From positions 1 through 47,155 of the forward strand of contig JAEOTA010000041.1 in assembly GCA_016840085.1 (NCBI GenBank): a DNA stretch of 47,155 nucleotides, given 5' to 3'. Made by a program: the position numbers and the translations under genes. The DNA is from Promethearchaeota archaeon (GTDB lineage: Archaea > Asgardarchaeota > Lokiarchaeia > Sigyniarchaeales > SOKP01). Below, piece by piece: positions 19,918 through 29,370 of the stretch. Position 1 is the first letter of the stretch. Each line of letters begins with the position of its first letter. The notes beneath the pieces are model-generated. The model saw nothing but the letters and a program-made list of their open reading frames with translations, had not been told where the DNA came from and searched no databases.

Positions 19918-21156
19918 ATGAGGAAAGTAGCTATAATTGGGGTAGGAATTACTCCATTTAAAACAAGATATTTAGATAAGACATATTTCGAACTTGCTTA
20001 TGATGCAACAAAACTGGCTCTGGAAGATGCGAATAAGAATGGTGCGGAAATAATCCATAAAGATCTTCAGTCTACTGTATATGGAATATATAATGAACTT
20101 TTTGAACGACAATTCATGCCTGATATTTTTATTAACTCATATTTGGGTTTAAATAATAAACCAGGAGTTAGAATTGCTACTGGAGGTGCAACTGGTGGCT
20201 ATACAGTTCGCACGGCTTATGCTGAAATCGCTTCGGGATTATCTGATTTGAATCTATGTCTTGGGGTAGAGAAGTGTAATGATTGTTATGATGAACAAAC
20301 AGGAACTACTACACCTGAAGTGCTTAACTCTATAGCATATTCAACAGATATGACGTATGAATATCCTATGGGGGTGATGGCAGCAAGCTCTTATGTCAGT
20401 ATGGTAAATGCTCATTTTGAGGAATTTGGGAATCCTACAGAAGAACAAATGGCACTGGTATCAGTAAAAAATCATGGAAATGCGATGAATAATCCTAAAG
20501 CTCAATCACCAATGAAGATCACAGTAGAAGATGTAATAAATTCGAGAATTATATGTTACCCATTTAAATTGTTAGATTGCTGTTTATATTCAGAAGGATC
20601 AGCGGCATTGATTTTAGCAAGTGAAGAAAAAGTTAAAGAGTTAAAGGTTAAGAATCCAATTTGGATAATAGGGATCGGTGCAGCGAATACAGATTGTTTT
20701 ATAGGGAATAGAGAAGATATGGGAAGATTATATTCGAATATCTATGCGGCAAAAGCGGCATATAAAATGGCAGGATTAGATTACGATAAAATTAAAAGCC
20801 AAATTGATTTAGCAGAATTACATGATGCATTTTCTGGGCAAGAAGTTATATCTTACGAAGAATTAGGTTTTGTTCCTTTCGGGGAAGGTGGTAGATGGAT
20901 TGAATCAGGAGGTCCGCTAATGGATGGTGAAGTACCATGTTGTCCATCAGGAGGGCTCATTGGATGTGGTCATGCGGTAGGTGCAACAGGAATTATGTCT
21001 ACTGGAGAAGCTGCACTTCAATTAAGAGGAAATGCTGGAAAACATCAGGTAAAAACAATTGAAAATGGAAGGGCTATTTCCCATTCTATTGGAGGCCCAG
21101 GTGCGGCATATGCTGCTATAATTGTAATGGAAAATGAGGAGGGGATGAAAAAATAA
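19918..21156 (+). CDS. SCP-x type thiolase-superfamily protein lacking the nucleophilic Cys
   Basis: KNHGNA..NPKAQ, LLDCC..SEGSAA, ELHDAF, PSGG, GHAVGATG; nucleophile loop reads IATGGATGG. Confidence 0.85.
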   Translation: MRKVAIIGVGITPFKTRYLDKTYFELAYDATKLALEDANKNGAEIIHKDLQSTVYGIYNELFERQFMPDIFINSYLGLNNKPGVRIATGGATGGYTVRTAYAEIASGLSDLNLCLGVEKCNDCYDEQTGTTTPEVLNSIAYSTDMTYEYPMGVMAASSYVSMVNAHFEEFGNPTEEQMALVSVKNHGNAMNNPKAQSPMKITVEDVINSRIICYPFKLLDCCLYSEGSAALILASEEKVKELKVKNPIWIIGIGAANTDCFIGNREDMGRLYSNIYAAKAAYKMAGLDYDKIKSQIDLAELHDAFSGQEVISYEELGFVPFGEGGRWIESGGPLMDGEVPCCPSGGLIGCGHAVGATGIMSTGEAALQLRGNAGKHQVKTIENGRAISHSIGGPGAAYAAIIVMENEEGMKK

Positions 21157-21650
21157 TGAGTAATGAATTTCAAGCGCATGAAATTAGAGACATAATGAAG
21201 ATAAATTATAAATATACGATGGGTGGACAATCCAAGTTTTTTTTAGAATTAATGAAGAATAAAAAGATTTTGGGTGCAAAATGTACAAAATGCGGGAAAA
21301 TTTGGATGCCACCTAGAATTAATTGTTCAGAATGTTTTGTTCCCACTGAATGGTACGAAGTCAAACAAACAGGTATAATTGAAGTAAGTACAATAGTATG
21401 GTTCACTACATCAGCTTTCATTAAAAATATACCCTATGCTACTGGATATATTAAATTAGATGAAGCTGATACTGCATTATTACAAGGGATTTTCTCCGAA
21501 AATTTAGTACCTTCCAAGATTAAAAAAGGAAAACGAGTAAGGGCTGTGTTTCAAAAAGAGAGAGAAGGAAAAATGACTGATTTTTTCTTTGTCCCTGAAG
21601 ATGAATATTTAAATTGGATAAGTAAACCTGAATATGAAGGAGGAGAATAG
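21156..21650 (+). CDS. DUF35 Zn-ribbon/OB-fold thiolase partner
   Basis: CTKC...PPR..CSEC zinc ribbon followed by an OB-fold; TAATG overlap with the thiolase. Confidence 0.88.
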   Translation: MSNEFQAHEIRDIMKINYKYTMGGQSKFFLELMKNKKILGAKCTKCGKIWMPPRINCSECFVPTEWYEVKQTGIIEVSTIVWFTTSAFIKNIPYATGYIKLDEADTALLQGIFSENLVPSKIKKGKRVRAVFQKEREGKMTDFFFVPEDEYLNWISKPEYEGGE

Positions 21651-21652
21651 AA

Positions 21653-22024
21653 TTGGGAGTTGCACGAGAAAATTTAATGAAAATAGTTGAAAGAATGAAC
21701 AAAAAACCTAAAGCTCTCCAAGTGTTTGTGACAGATATTGGCGGAAAACCAGTAAATTGGAATATGACATTTCAATTTAATTTGAACGAGGAAGATCCAT
21801 TTTATTTGGTAATTAAAGATCAAGAAATAGTTCTCAATACAGGAACTTCACAAAATGCTGAAATCGTCATGTCAGGAGACAACAACGCTATTACAAAAGT
21901 CTGTCAAGGTAAAGGGGACTTTACTCACGCAATCAGTCGTGAAGAAATCACTGTAGAAAAAGGTAAAGTTATGGATGTTATTAGGCTTACAAGAGCAATA
22001 ACCATTGTTCTAAAAACAGGGTAA
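21653..22024 (+). CDS. SCP2 sterol/lipid-binding domain protein
   Basis: FQFNL...FYLVIKD...AEIVMSG...EEITVEKG pattern, 123 aa, GGAG upstream of TTG, thiolase operon context. Confidence 0.7.
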   Translation: MGVARENLMKIVERMNKKPKALQVFVTDIGGKPVNWNMTFQFNLNEEDPFYLVIKDQEIVLNTGTSQNAEIVMSGDNNAITKVCQGKGDFTHAISREEITVEKGKVMDVIRLTRAITIVLKTG

Positions 22025-22205
22025 CTATATTCATCTCATTTTTTTTAATTCAAATTACAATTCAAGAAAAAATTTATTAAGACTTTATTTCTTCTTATTT
22101 TTCTGAAATGCCACGACTTTTTGAGGATATTATTATATTGCCTATCTTATTTTACTGTAGAAAAAGTTATTTATATATTAATTTCATAGTTAAATTTAAG
22201 AGAAA

Positions 22206-23693
22206 ATGTCTAAATTTATTGCCTTTGATATTGGCGCAAGTTCAGGTAGAACAATTGTTGGGGAATTAGAAAAAGCTCTTCTCCATTTAGATGAGATTCA
22301 CAGATTTCAGAATAAGGGAGTTCAAATTGATACTAATTTATACTGGAACGTTTTACAGCTCTATATAGAAATATTAAATGGACTGAAAAAGTATGTAGAA
22401 AAATATGGTAAAATTGTAGATGGAATAGGAATTGATACTTGGGGTGTTGATTTTGTCCTTCTGGATAAGAATGATGAACTCATTGGATACCCTTATCATT
22501 ATCGAGATTTAAGGACTAAAGGTATGCTTAAAAAAATGTTTAAGAAAGTACCAATGGAAGATATTTTTTCAGAAACAGGAATACAATTTATGGAGCTCAA
22601 TAGCTCAACTCAGTTATACTCAATGATTTTTAACAATTCTTCCCAATTATCCATTACGGATACTCTCTTGATGGTTCCAGATTATCTAAATTTCTTATTA
22701 TCAGGTAAAAAATTAACTGAATATTCTATAGCCACTACATCTCAATTATTTAATCCAATTAAAAATAATTGGGCATTTTCATTAATAGAACAATTAGGTT
22801 TAAAACCTAATTGGTTTAGAAGTATTATTCCTTCTGGAACACTCTTAGGAACTATAAAAGATTATATAGCTAAAGAAGTTGGATTAGATACCAATACTAA
22901 GATTATAGTACCTGCTTCTCATGACACAGGTTCGGCAGTTGCTGCAGTTCCAGTAGATATGGAAATCTATCTAAATGGAGAATGGGCTTATTTGAGCTCA
23001 GGAACGTGGAGTCTTTTGGGTGTCGAATTAGACCGTCCATTAATTAACAAAAAAGTGTTAGAATATAATTTTACAAATGAGGGTGGAATCAATAACACAA
23101 TAAGATTCTTAAAAAATATAACAGGAATGTGGTTGATTCAAGAATGCAAACGATTATGGGATAATAAGGGACTAGATTTAACTTGGGAGGATATTATCTT
23201 AGAAGCAAAAAAAGCTCCAGCATTTCAGTATTTTATCAATCCGAATAATTCGAAGTTTTTAAACCCAAGAAATATGATAAACGCTATTCAAGAATATTGT
23301 AAAGAAAGTAATCAAGATTCCCCCAGAACTGTAGGAGAAATTTCTAGAACTATTTTTGAAAGCCTTTCCTTTACGTATAAATCTGTTATGGAAAAATTGG
23401 AAGAATTATTAAATAAAAAAATAAAAATACTTCATATCATCAGTGGTGGTTCTTCAAACACTCTATTAAATCAATTTACCGCTAATATTCTCGATATTCC
23501 TATTAGAACGGGACCGGTCGAGGCAACCGCAATAGGAAATATTTTAACTCAAGCATATGCATTAGGAGAAATTAATAATATTTATGAACTAAGAGCAATT
23601 GTTAAAAATTCCTTTGAAATTAAGACGTATAGTCCCAAAAATTCAGAAGAATGGAACATTTTTTATTGTAAGTATAAAAGGTTCATAAAATAA
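22206..23693 (+). CDS. rhaB: FGGY sugar kinase, rhamnulokinase type (probable L-fuculo/rhamnulokinase)
   Basis: DIGASSGR, IDTWGVD, HDTGSAV, SSGTWSL, TNEGG, GPVEATAIGN. Confidence 0.85.
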   Translation: MSKFIAFDIGASSGRTIVGELEKALLHLDEIHRFQNKGVQIDTNLYWNVLQLYIEILNGLKKYVEKYGKIVDGIGIDTWGVDFVLLDKNDELIGYPYHYRDLRTKGMLKKMFKKVPMEDIFSETGIQFMELNSSTQLYSMIFNNSSQLSITDTLLMVPDYLNFLLSGKKLTEYSIATTSQLFNPIKNNWAFSLIEQLGLKPNWFRSIIPSGTLLGTIKDYIAKEVGLDTNTKIIVPASHDTGSAVAAVPVDMEIYLNGEWAYLSSGTWSLLGVELDRPLINKKVLEYNFTNEGGINNTIRFLKNITGMWLIQECKRLWDNKGLDLTWEDIILEAKKAPAFQYFINPNNSKFLNPRNMINAIQEYCKESNQDSPRTVGEISRTIFESLSFTYKSVMEKLEELLNKKIKILHIISGGSSNTLLNQFTANILDIPIRTGPVEATAIGNILTQAYALGEINNIYELRAIVKNSFEIKTYSPKNSEEWNIFYCKYKRFIK

Positions 23694-23783
23694 ATTTATA
23701 ATAATTGGAATTAAATTTTCTAATTTATTAATAAAAATAAATGATAATGTATCCTAACACTCTTGTAAGGCTTTAATTTGCAA

Positions 23784-25145
23784 TTATTTCAACTTTTCTC
23801 TTTTCTCACTATGGATTTTTCTCAAATCTTCTTGCAATTTTTCTAGAATGTCACCATGAAGTGGATAAAAATATATGAAAATAAGCCCAATCGCCGAAAC
23901 TATTATGGGGATTAAAAACATTAATATTTTTATCCCAATTATGGCGGAATCCGGCTGTATATCAGCTCCTTGAACAAAACCAAATGTCGTTAGAATCACT
24001 GTCGCTATTATGGGTCCTAGACTTTGAGCAGGTTTATGGAATAGCGCGTTAATTCCTAGAAACATACCTTCTCTTCGTGAACCATGTTCTAATTCATCTT
24101 TATCGACAGATAAATATAGAAGGGGGGTGTTAAATATTGTATATCCTCCAAAAAATGTTAAAACAGTCAAACCAATAATTGTAATTATCGGGTCATCAAC
24201 AAATAATACAGTCAAAAATAAAACAAAAGTACCAGTTACCTTAATTATTCCAAATCTTAGCATTATCCTTCGCATTCCCCACTTCGAACGTAATTTTATA
24301 CAAATCATATTTGAACTATATCCAATGATAATAATTATTACAAAATAATAGAGTAAGCCACCCTCACCAAGTATAAATAGATAAGCAAATAAATAACTTA
24401 ATCCTATTGAACCTAGAAATGCATTACAAAAGATATAGCCGATGTAGATTAAAAATGGCTTTGATTTTACAGTCTCCTTTACTGCTGTCCATAAAGGAGG
24501 TGGTTTATCTTTTTGAAATTCTGGTTTTTCTTTGCATAAATATGCTGTTAACCAAAGTAGTATGAGAGATAAGATAGCAACAATTATCATTAAGAATAAA
24601 TATTTGGTTGAAGTTGGATCAATATCTCCTAAAATTAGTAAAAATGGAATAACTACTAGGGCTCCTATGAATAGTGCAAAGAAATTACCTTTATTTCTTT
24701 CATCCAAATCTGAAGTCATCTCTGGTAATAATGCCATCCAAACAAGAACAACCAGAGTAAAAAAGGTATCAAATAAACATATGCTGATTATGTAATGAAA
24801 AAAAATAATGATTTGATTCTCAAAATCCCATGGAATCCATACTAAAAGAAAGCTAAAAATCCAAAGTGGAGCTCCATATTTTATATAGATTATTCTTCGG
24901 CTTCCCCACTTTTCTCTATTAGTTTTATCTGAAAGTTGTCCTAATAAAGGATCGTTAAATGCATTTATAACCATATATATGACTTGCCCAATAATAAAAA
25001 AAACCGGATTCAATTGTAATTTGTCATAAAAAAATTCAATATACTTAAGAGAAAATATAAATACTAATAATCCTGCAGGAATTGCTCCTAAGGAATATCC
25101 CCATAAATTTCGAGAACTAAGTTGTCTTTCTGTTTTGTTTTCCAT
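23784..25145 (-). CDS. MFS transporter, GPH/MelB family
   Basis: NAFNDPLLGQLSD, DEL..G.RREG.F.G motifs; about 12 TM segments. Confidence 0.88.
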   Translation of the reverse strand: MENKTERQLSSRNLWGYSLGAIPAGLLVFIFSLKYIEFFYDKLQLNPVFFIIGQVIYMVINAFNDPLLGQLSDKTNREKWGSRRIIYIKYGAPLWIFSFLLVWIPWDFENQIIIFFHYIISICLFDTFFTLVVLVWMALLPEMTSDLDERNKGNFFALFIGALVVIPFLLILGDIDPTSTKYLFLMIIVAILSLILLWLTAYLCKEKPEFQKDKPPPLWTAVKETVKSKPFLIYIGYIFCNAFLGSIGLSYLFAYLFILGEGGLLYYFVIIIIIGYSSNMICIKLRSKWGMRRIMLRFGIIKVTGTFVLFLTVLFVDDPIITIIGLTVLTFFGGYTIFNTPLLYLSVDKDELEHGSRREGMFLGINALFHKPAQSLGPIIATVILTTFGFVQGADIQPDSAIIGIKILMFLIPIIVSAIGLIFIYFYPLHGDILEKLQEDLRKIHSEKREKLK

Positions 25146-25257
25146 AAGAATAAAAATTACTATTTATTATATTTTAAAATTTGAAAATTGATAATAATTG
25201 AATTTATCAATTTATAAAGGTTTATTTAAAACTATAAAGACTAAAAAAATAAGAGCA

Positions 25258-26748
25258 CTATTTAATATCTAACCATACTTTTCGAAAGCTATTCATCGGC
25301 GCAAATTCAACCTTAGGGTGAACTCCTAACATCATGGTTGCACGCTTTTGAATATCATAAGGAGGCCATTCTGGTTGGCCTTTATGATTTGGGTTTCCTG
25401 TACGTGCAAAACTTATCCATGTATCCATTATATTTTTAGCCACTGTTTCTGCCTCTTCAATAGAGTCTATTGCTCCTTCTGGTATATCTGCAGTTTTGAA
25501 AGTCCCAAAAACAAATGGAATTTCAAATGTATGATAAGCCCCTCCATATTTAGATGATTTATAAGTAAAAATATAACAAAAAACATTGGATTGATGTTCT
25601 AAATGCGCCTTAAGTTGGCGAATAGTTGGAATTCCAAACATAGCATCAGAAAGTATTGCATCCCAATGCTTATATGCATTATCTGGATATTTTGTTTTCA
25701 TTATTGGTTTATAAACCTTAAGCAATTTGTCTATTCCATCATCAGTTACTCCATAATTGCGGATACGAGATCGTATCATCCCAATTATAATTTTTTTCCT
25801 CTCCTCATTAACTTGATTAAGAAAATTTCCAATAATTCCTAATTCATCTTCATTCCAACCAAGCATTAAAGGAACTTTACTTGCATTTCCTTTTCTTATA
25901 ATTTCATAAGGTTTTTCTGGGATTATTACTCCATCTACAAATGGTCTGAATGGATTTTCTTTGCCATCAGTTATAGTTCCAGCTATTTTTTTTTGAACTC
26001 TTATTAATTTACTAATTTGAACTTCTCGTAAGGTCTTAATATCCTCTCGATCAATGTGGAATTTTGATACAAGCTCTTTAGCACCTTTTCTTGATAGCTC
26101 TCTTTTATAAGAAAGTGGATTTGCTACGCCACTTTGCATAATTGCTCTGTGAAATAAACCTTTAGCTAATGGAATTGAAAGCAGAATTACAACCGATTCA
26201 CTTCCCGAAGATTCTCCGAAAATCGTAATATTATTTGGATCTCCGCCAAATGCATGAATATTCTCTCGAACCCATTGTAAAGCTGCAATTTGATCTTGAA
26301 TTCCTATATTAGGAGGAATATTTGGTAAATCAAGAAAACCTAAGGCGCCTAAGCGATAATTAAAAGTAACTAGAACAACATCCCCATAGGATGCTAATGT
26401 TCCCCCATTCAATCTTGGTCTAGAGCCAGCACCTATGAGGAACCCACCACCATGAATCCAAAACATGACGGGTCTAACTTTTTCATCCGCGCCTGGAGTC
26501 CAAATGTTAAGATATAGGCAATCCTCATTTTCCTCTTGTTCAATCGGTGTGGAATCTATATGATTTTGAGGTGCGATTGGTCCAAATTTTGTAGCATCTT
26601 TGATACCGTCCCAAGGATCCATAGGTTGTGGTTCACAAAAGCGTAAATCACCTATAGGAGGTTTTGCATAGGGAAGACCTAAGAAACACCGATGATCTAA
26701 TTGTTGAATTCCTTTTATCTTTCCATAATTAGTTGATAGAATTACCAT
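25258..26748 (-). CDS. Type B carboxylesterase (PnbA-like)
   Basis: GLPYA.PP.G.LRF, EDCLYLNIW, WIHGGG, NYRLG, FGESSG, AYHTFEI. Confidence 0.9.
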   Translation of the reverse strand: MVILSTNYGKIKGIQQLDHRCFLGLPYAKPPIGDLRFCEPQPMDPWDGIKDATKFGPIAPQNHIDSTPIEQEENEDCLYLNIWTPGADEKVRPVMFWIHGGGFLIGAGSRPRLNGGTLASYGDVVLVTFNYRLGALGFLDLPNIPPNIGIQDQIAALQWVRENIHAFGGDPNNITIFGESSGSESVVILLSIPLAKGLFHRAIMQSGVANPLSYKRELSRKGAKELVSKFHIDREDIKTLREVQISKLIRVQKKIAGTITDGKENPFRPFVDGVIIPEKPYEIIRKGNASKVPLMLGWNEDELGIIGNFLNQVNEERKKIIIGMIRSRIRNYGVTDDGIDKLLKVYKPIMKTKYPDNAYKHWDAILSDAMFGIPTIRQLKAHLEHQSNVFCYIFTYKSSKYGGAYHTFEIPFVFGTFKTADIPEGAIDSIEEAETVAKNIMDTWISFARTGNPNHKGQPEWPPYDIQKRATMMLGVHPKVEFAPMNSFRKVWLDIK

Positions 26749-26808
26749 ATTTTTTAAAAATGAGACGTTTCTTAAATCATATTATAGTATTTAAAAAAAA
26801 ATTAACAA

Positions 26809-28635
26809 TTGGCTTGGACAAATAAGTATATGGAAGGTATGAATAATCAATTTTTAAAGGTAAACTTAACTGATGAAAAAATTTCAGTGCATCCCCTTAA
26901 TAATGAAAGTCTCGAAAATTTTTTAGGGGGAAGAGGATTAGGTATAAAATTGTTATCAGAGAATATTTCAAAAGGAATTGAATCCCTGTCAAAAGAAAAT
27001 CCACTAATATTTTCAATAGGCCCTATTACGGGAAGTACAGTTCCAACAAGTGGTCGATTTTCCTTAGTTACTAAATCTCCATTAACAAACACAATATTTC
27101 ATTCAAATTCAGGAGGATATTGGGGTCCTTATTTTAAGCGATGTGGATATGATTGTTTATATATTTATGGGAAATTAAATGATGATGATAAAGGTTATGT
27201 TCTTATTGATGGCACTGATAAGGTAGAGGTTAAAGATGCTACTGATTTATGGGGATTAAATACAATAGAAACTGTTGAAAAATTAAAAGAGTTTGAGGGT
27301 AAGAATTGTCATGTACTATGTATAGGTCCTGCTGGTGAACATTTGGTTAAATTAGCCTCAATAATGAATGATGCACATAGAGCTTTTGGAAGAGGAGGAG
27401 TAGGGGCAGTGATGGGTTCAAAAAACCTAAAAGCAATCGTTGTTAAGAATGGTACTAAGAAATTTCCTATAAAAAATAAAGGTTATATGAAAAAATTAAA
27501 TGTTATAGCTCTAGATAAAATTAAAGTCACTCCTATAACTTCTCAAGGATTAGCACTTTTAGGAACTGCTGCGTTAGTAAAAGTTATTAACCTTTTTGGT
27601 ATGTTCCCCATTAGAAATTTCCAAATTGCTTTTACTGATTCTTCTAAAATAGATTTGGTTAGTGGTGAACTGTTAAGAGACAAATTTTTTGTAGAAAATG
27701 AAGGATGTTATAATTGTGTTATTAGGTGTGGTAGAATAACTGATACGGGAGTAATGAGTGGCAAAGGTCCTGAATATGAATCCCTATGGGCATTAGGTCC
27801 TTTAATAGGAATATTTGACCTAAAAGAAATTGCTCATGCGAATTACTTATGCAATAATTATGGGTTAGATACAATATCAACGGGAAGTACAATAGCTTGT
27901 GCTATGGAATTACGGCAAAAAGGGATTATTAATAATTCCTCTTTAAAATTTGGAAATAAAGATAACCTTTGTCGCATTATTGAAAAAATGGCTTTACGAA
28001 AAGATATAGGAAATGAATTAGCAGAAGGATCTCTTAGGTTTGCTAAAAGTTATTCTGCCCAAAATTATGCCATGCAAGTAAAAGGATTAGAAATCCCCGC
28101 TTATGATCCTCGAGGAGCTGTTGGACATGCATTAAACTATGCGGTCAGTTCAAGGGGTGCATGTCATTTAACTGGATTTTTAGTTGCCTTAGAAATTTTA
28201 GGTGTACCAAAACTTATTGATAGATTTTCAATTAATGGCAAATCTGATCTTTTGTTTTTAAAACAAAATCAGAGTGCGGTTGAAGATTCACTTATCATCT
28301 GCAAATTCGTTGGATACGCTTTGGGATTTGAGTTTCAAGCAAGATTTTTAAGTACAATATTAGATAAAAAAATAAACATAACTGATCTAATTACTATTGG
28401 AGAAAGAATTTACACATTGGAAAGATTATTTAATGTGAGAGAAGGTTTTACAAGAGAAGATGATACATTACCGCCTAGATTTTTAAAAGTTCCTCTAAAA
28501 GAGGGAGTATCAAAAGGAAAAATAGTGTCACTCGAACAATTACTAAGAGATTACTATAAAGTAAGGCAATGGGATGAGAATGGTATCCCTTCAGATGAAT
28601 TACTTGAAAGATTATCCATCAAAAGACTAGAATAA
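26809..28635 (+). CDS. aor: Tungsten/molybdenum aldehyde:ferredoxin oxidoreductase
   Basis: GGRGLG, KSPLT, CIGPAGE, GRGGVGAVMGSKNLKA, CYNCVIRC, PEYESL, GLDTIS, YDPRG, RGACH; real start may be ATG 26830 or 26839. Confidence 0.92.
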   Translation: MAWTNKYMEGMNNQFLKVNLTDEKISVHPLNNESLENFLGGRGLGIKLLSENISKGIESLSKENPLIFSIGPITGSTVPTSGRFSLVTKSPLTNTIFHSNSGGYWGPYFKRCGYDCLYIYGKLNDDDKGYVLIDGTDKVEVKDATDLWGLNTIETVEKLKEFEGKNCHVLCIGPAGEHLVKLASIMNDAHRAFGRGGVGAVMGSKNLKAIVVKNGTKKFPIKNKGYMKKLNVIALDKIKVTPITSQGLALLGTAALVKVINLFGMFPIRNFQIAFTDSSKIDLVSGELLRDKFFVENEGCYNCVIRCGRITDTGVMSGKGPEYESLWALGPLIGIFDLKEIAHANYLCNNYGLDTISTGSTIACAMELRQKGIINNSSLKFGNKDNLCRIIEKMALRKDIGNELAEGSLRFAKSYSAQNYAMQVKGLEIPAYDPRGAVGHALNYAVSSRGACHLTGFLVALEILGVPKLIDRFSINGKSDLLFLKQNQSAVEDSLIICKFVGYALGFEFQARFLSTILDKKINITDLITIGERIYTLERLFNVREGFTREDDTLPPRFLKVPLKEGVSKGKIVSLEQLLRDYYKVRQWDENGIPSDELLERLSIKRLE

Positions 28636-28678
28636 TAATTATATTTAAATGTTAATGAAATCTTAATTGAGGTATATA

Positions 28679-29290
28679 ATGATTGATCCTGAAACATATA
28701 AGCAATTTAAAATTACGGGTAAGATTTTAACGGATCACAGATATAATACGTCCCATTCCGGAAATATTAGTATGAGATCAGGAGGTAAGATCCTCATTAA
28801 GCGAAGAGGGGCAATGCTTGGATATTTAGAACCAGAAGACATAATTGAAACAGATCTTTATACTACAGATTCAGGAATTATGTTATCAAGTACGGAAACG
28901 GACGTTCATCGTCAAATTTATTTGAACACAGATGCCATGGCTATAATTCATGCTCATAATCCTTTCTGTGTTATCTTATCACTTATTGAAGATGAAATCA
29001 CTTGTCTTGATGCTGAAGGGATATATATGTATAGAAAGATCCCTATCATTGAAGTTGAAAATCCTGCAGGACCTACTGACGCGGCAAGAGAAGTACCAAA
29101 AGTTCTTAAAGATTATCCAATAGTTGTGGTGAGAGCACATGGAGTTTTTGCTAAAGGAAATACATTGTATGATGCGCTCCAAAATGTCACTGGAGCTGAA
29201 CAATCCGCAATGATAAGATACTATACGATGTCATCAGGTAAACCATTAAAAAGAGATTATTCTAAAGAGAAGTATTTCTCAGAATGGTAA
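28679..29290 (+). CDS. fucA: Class II aldolase, L-fuculose-1-phosphate aldolase-like
   Basis: SGNIS, SSTE..VH..IY, IIHAH and AHG Zn ligands; GAGGT precedes ATG 28679; adjacent to fucI. Confidence 0.8.
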   Translation: MIDPETYKQFKITGKILTDHRYNTSHSGNISMRSGGKILIKRRGAMLGYLEPEDIIETDLYTTDSGIMLSSTETDVHRQIYLNTDAMAIIHAHNPFCVILSLIEDEITCLDAEGIYMYRKIPIIEVENPAGPTDAAREVPKVLKDYPIVVVRAHGVFAKGNTLYDALQNVTGAEQSAMIRYYTMSSGKPLKRDYSKEKYFSEW

Positions 29291-29370
29291 AAAAATAAAT
29301 TTTTATAGTATTAACTTTCAAAATTATAATCCAATATAAATTTATTATTACAGAATCAAATTATAATAAG

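Noticed and set aside
5866-26794. Identical 15-mer TATTATAGTATTTAA upstream of aconitase (5866-5880) and aor (26780-26794)
   Set aside because: Almost all A/T in very AT-rich gaps, so chance or a generic promoter element is plausible
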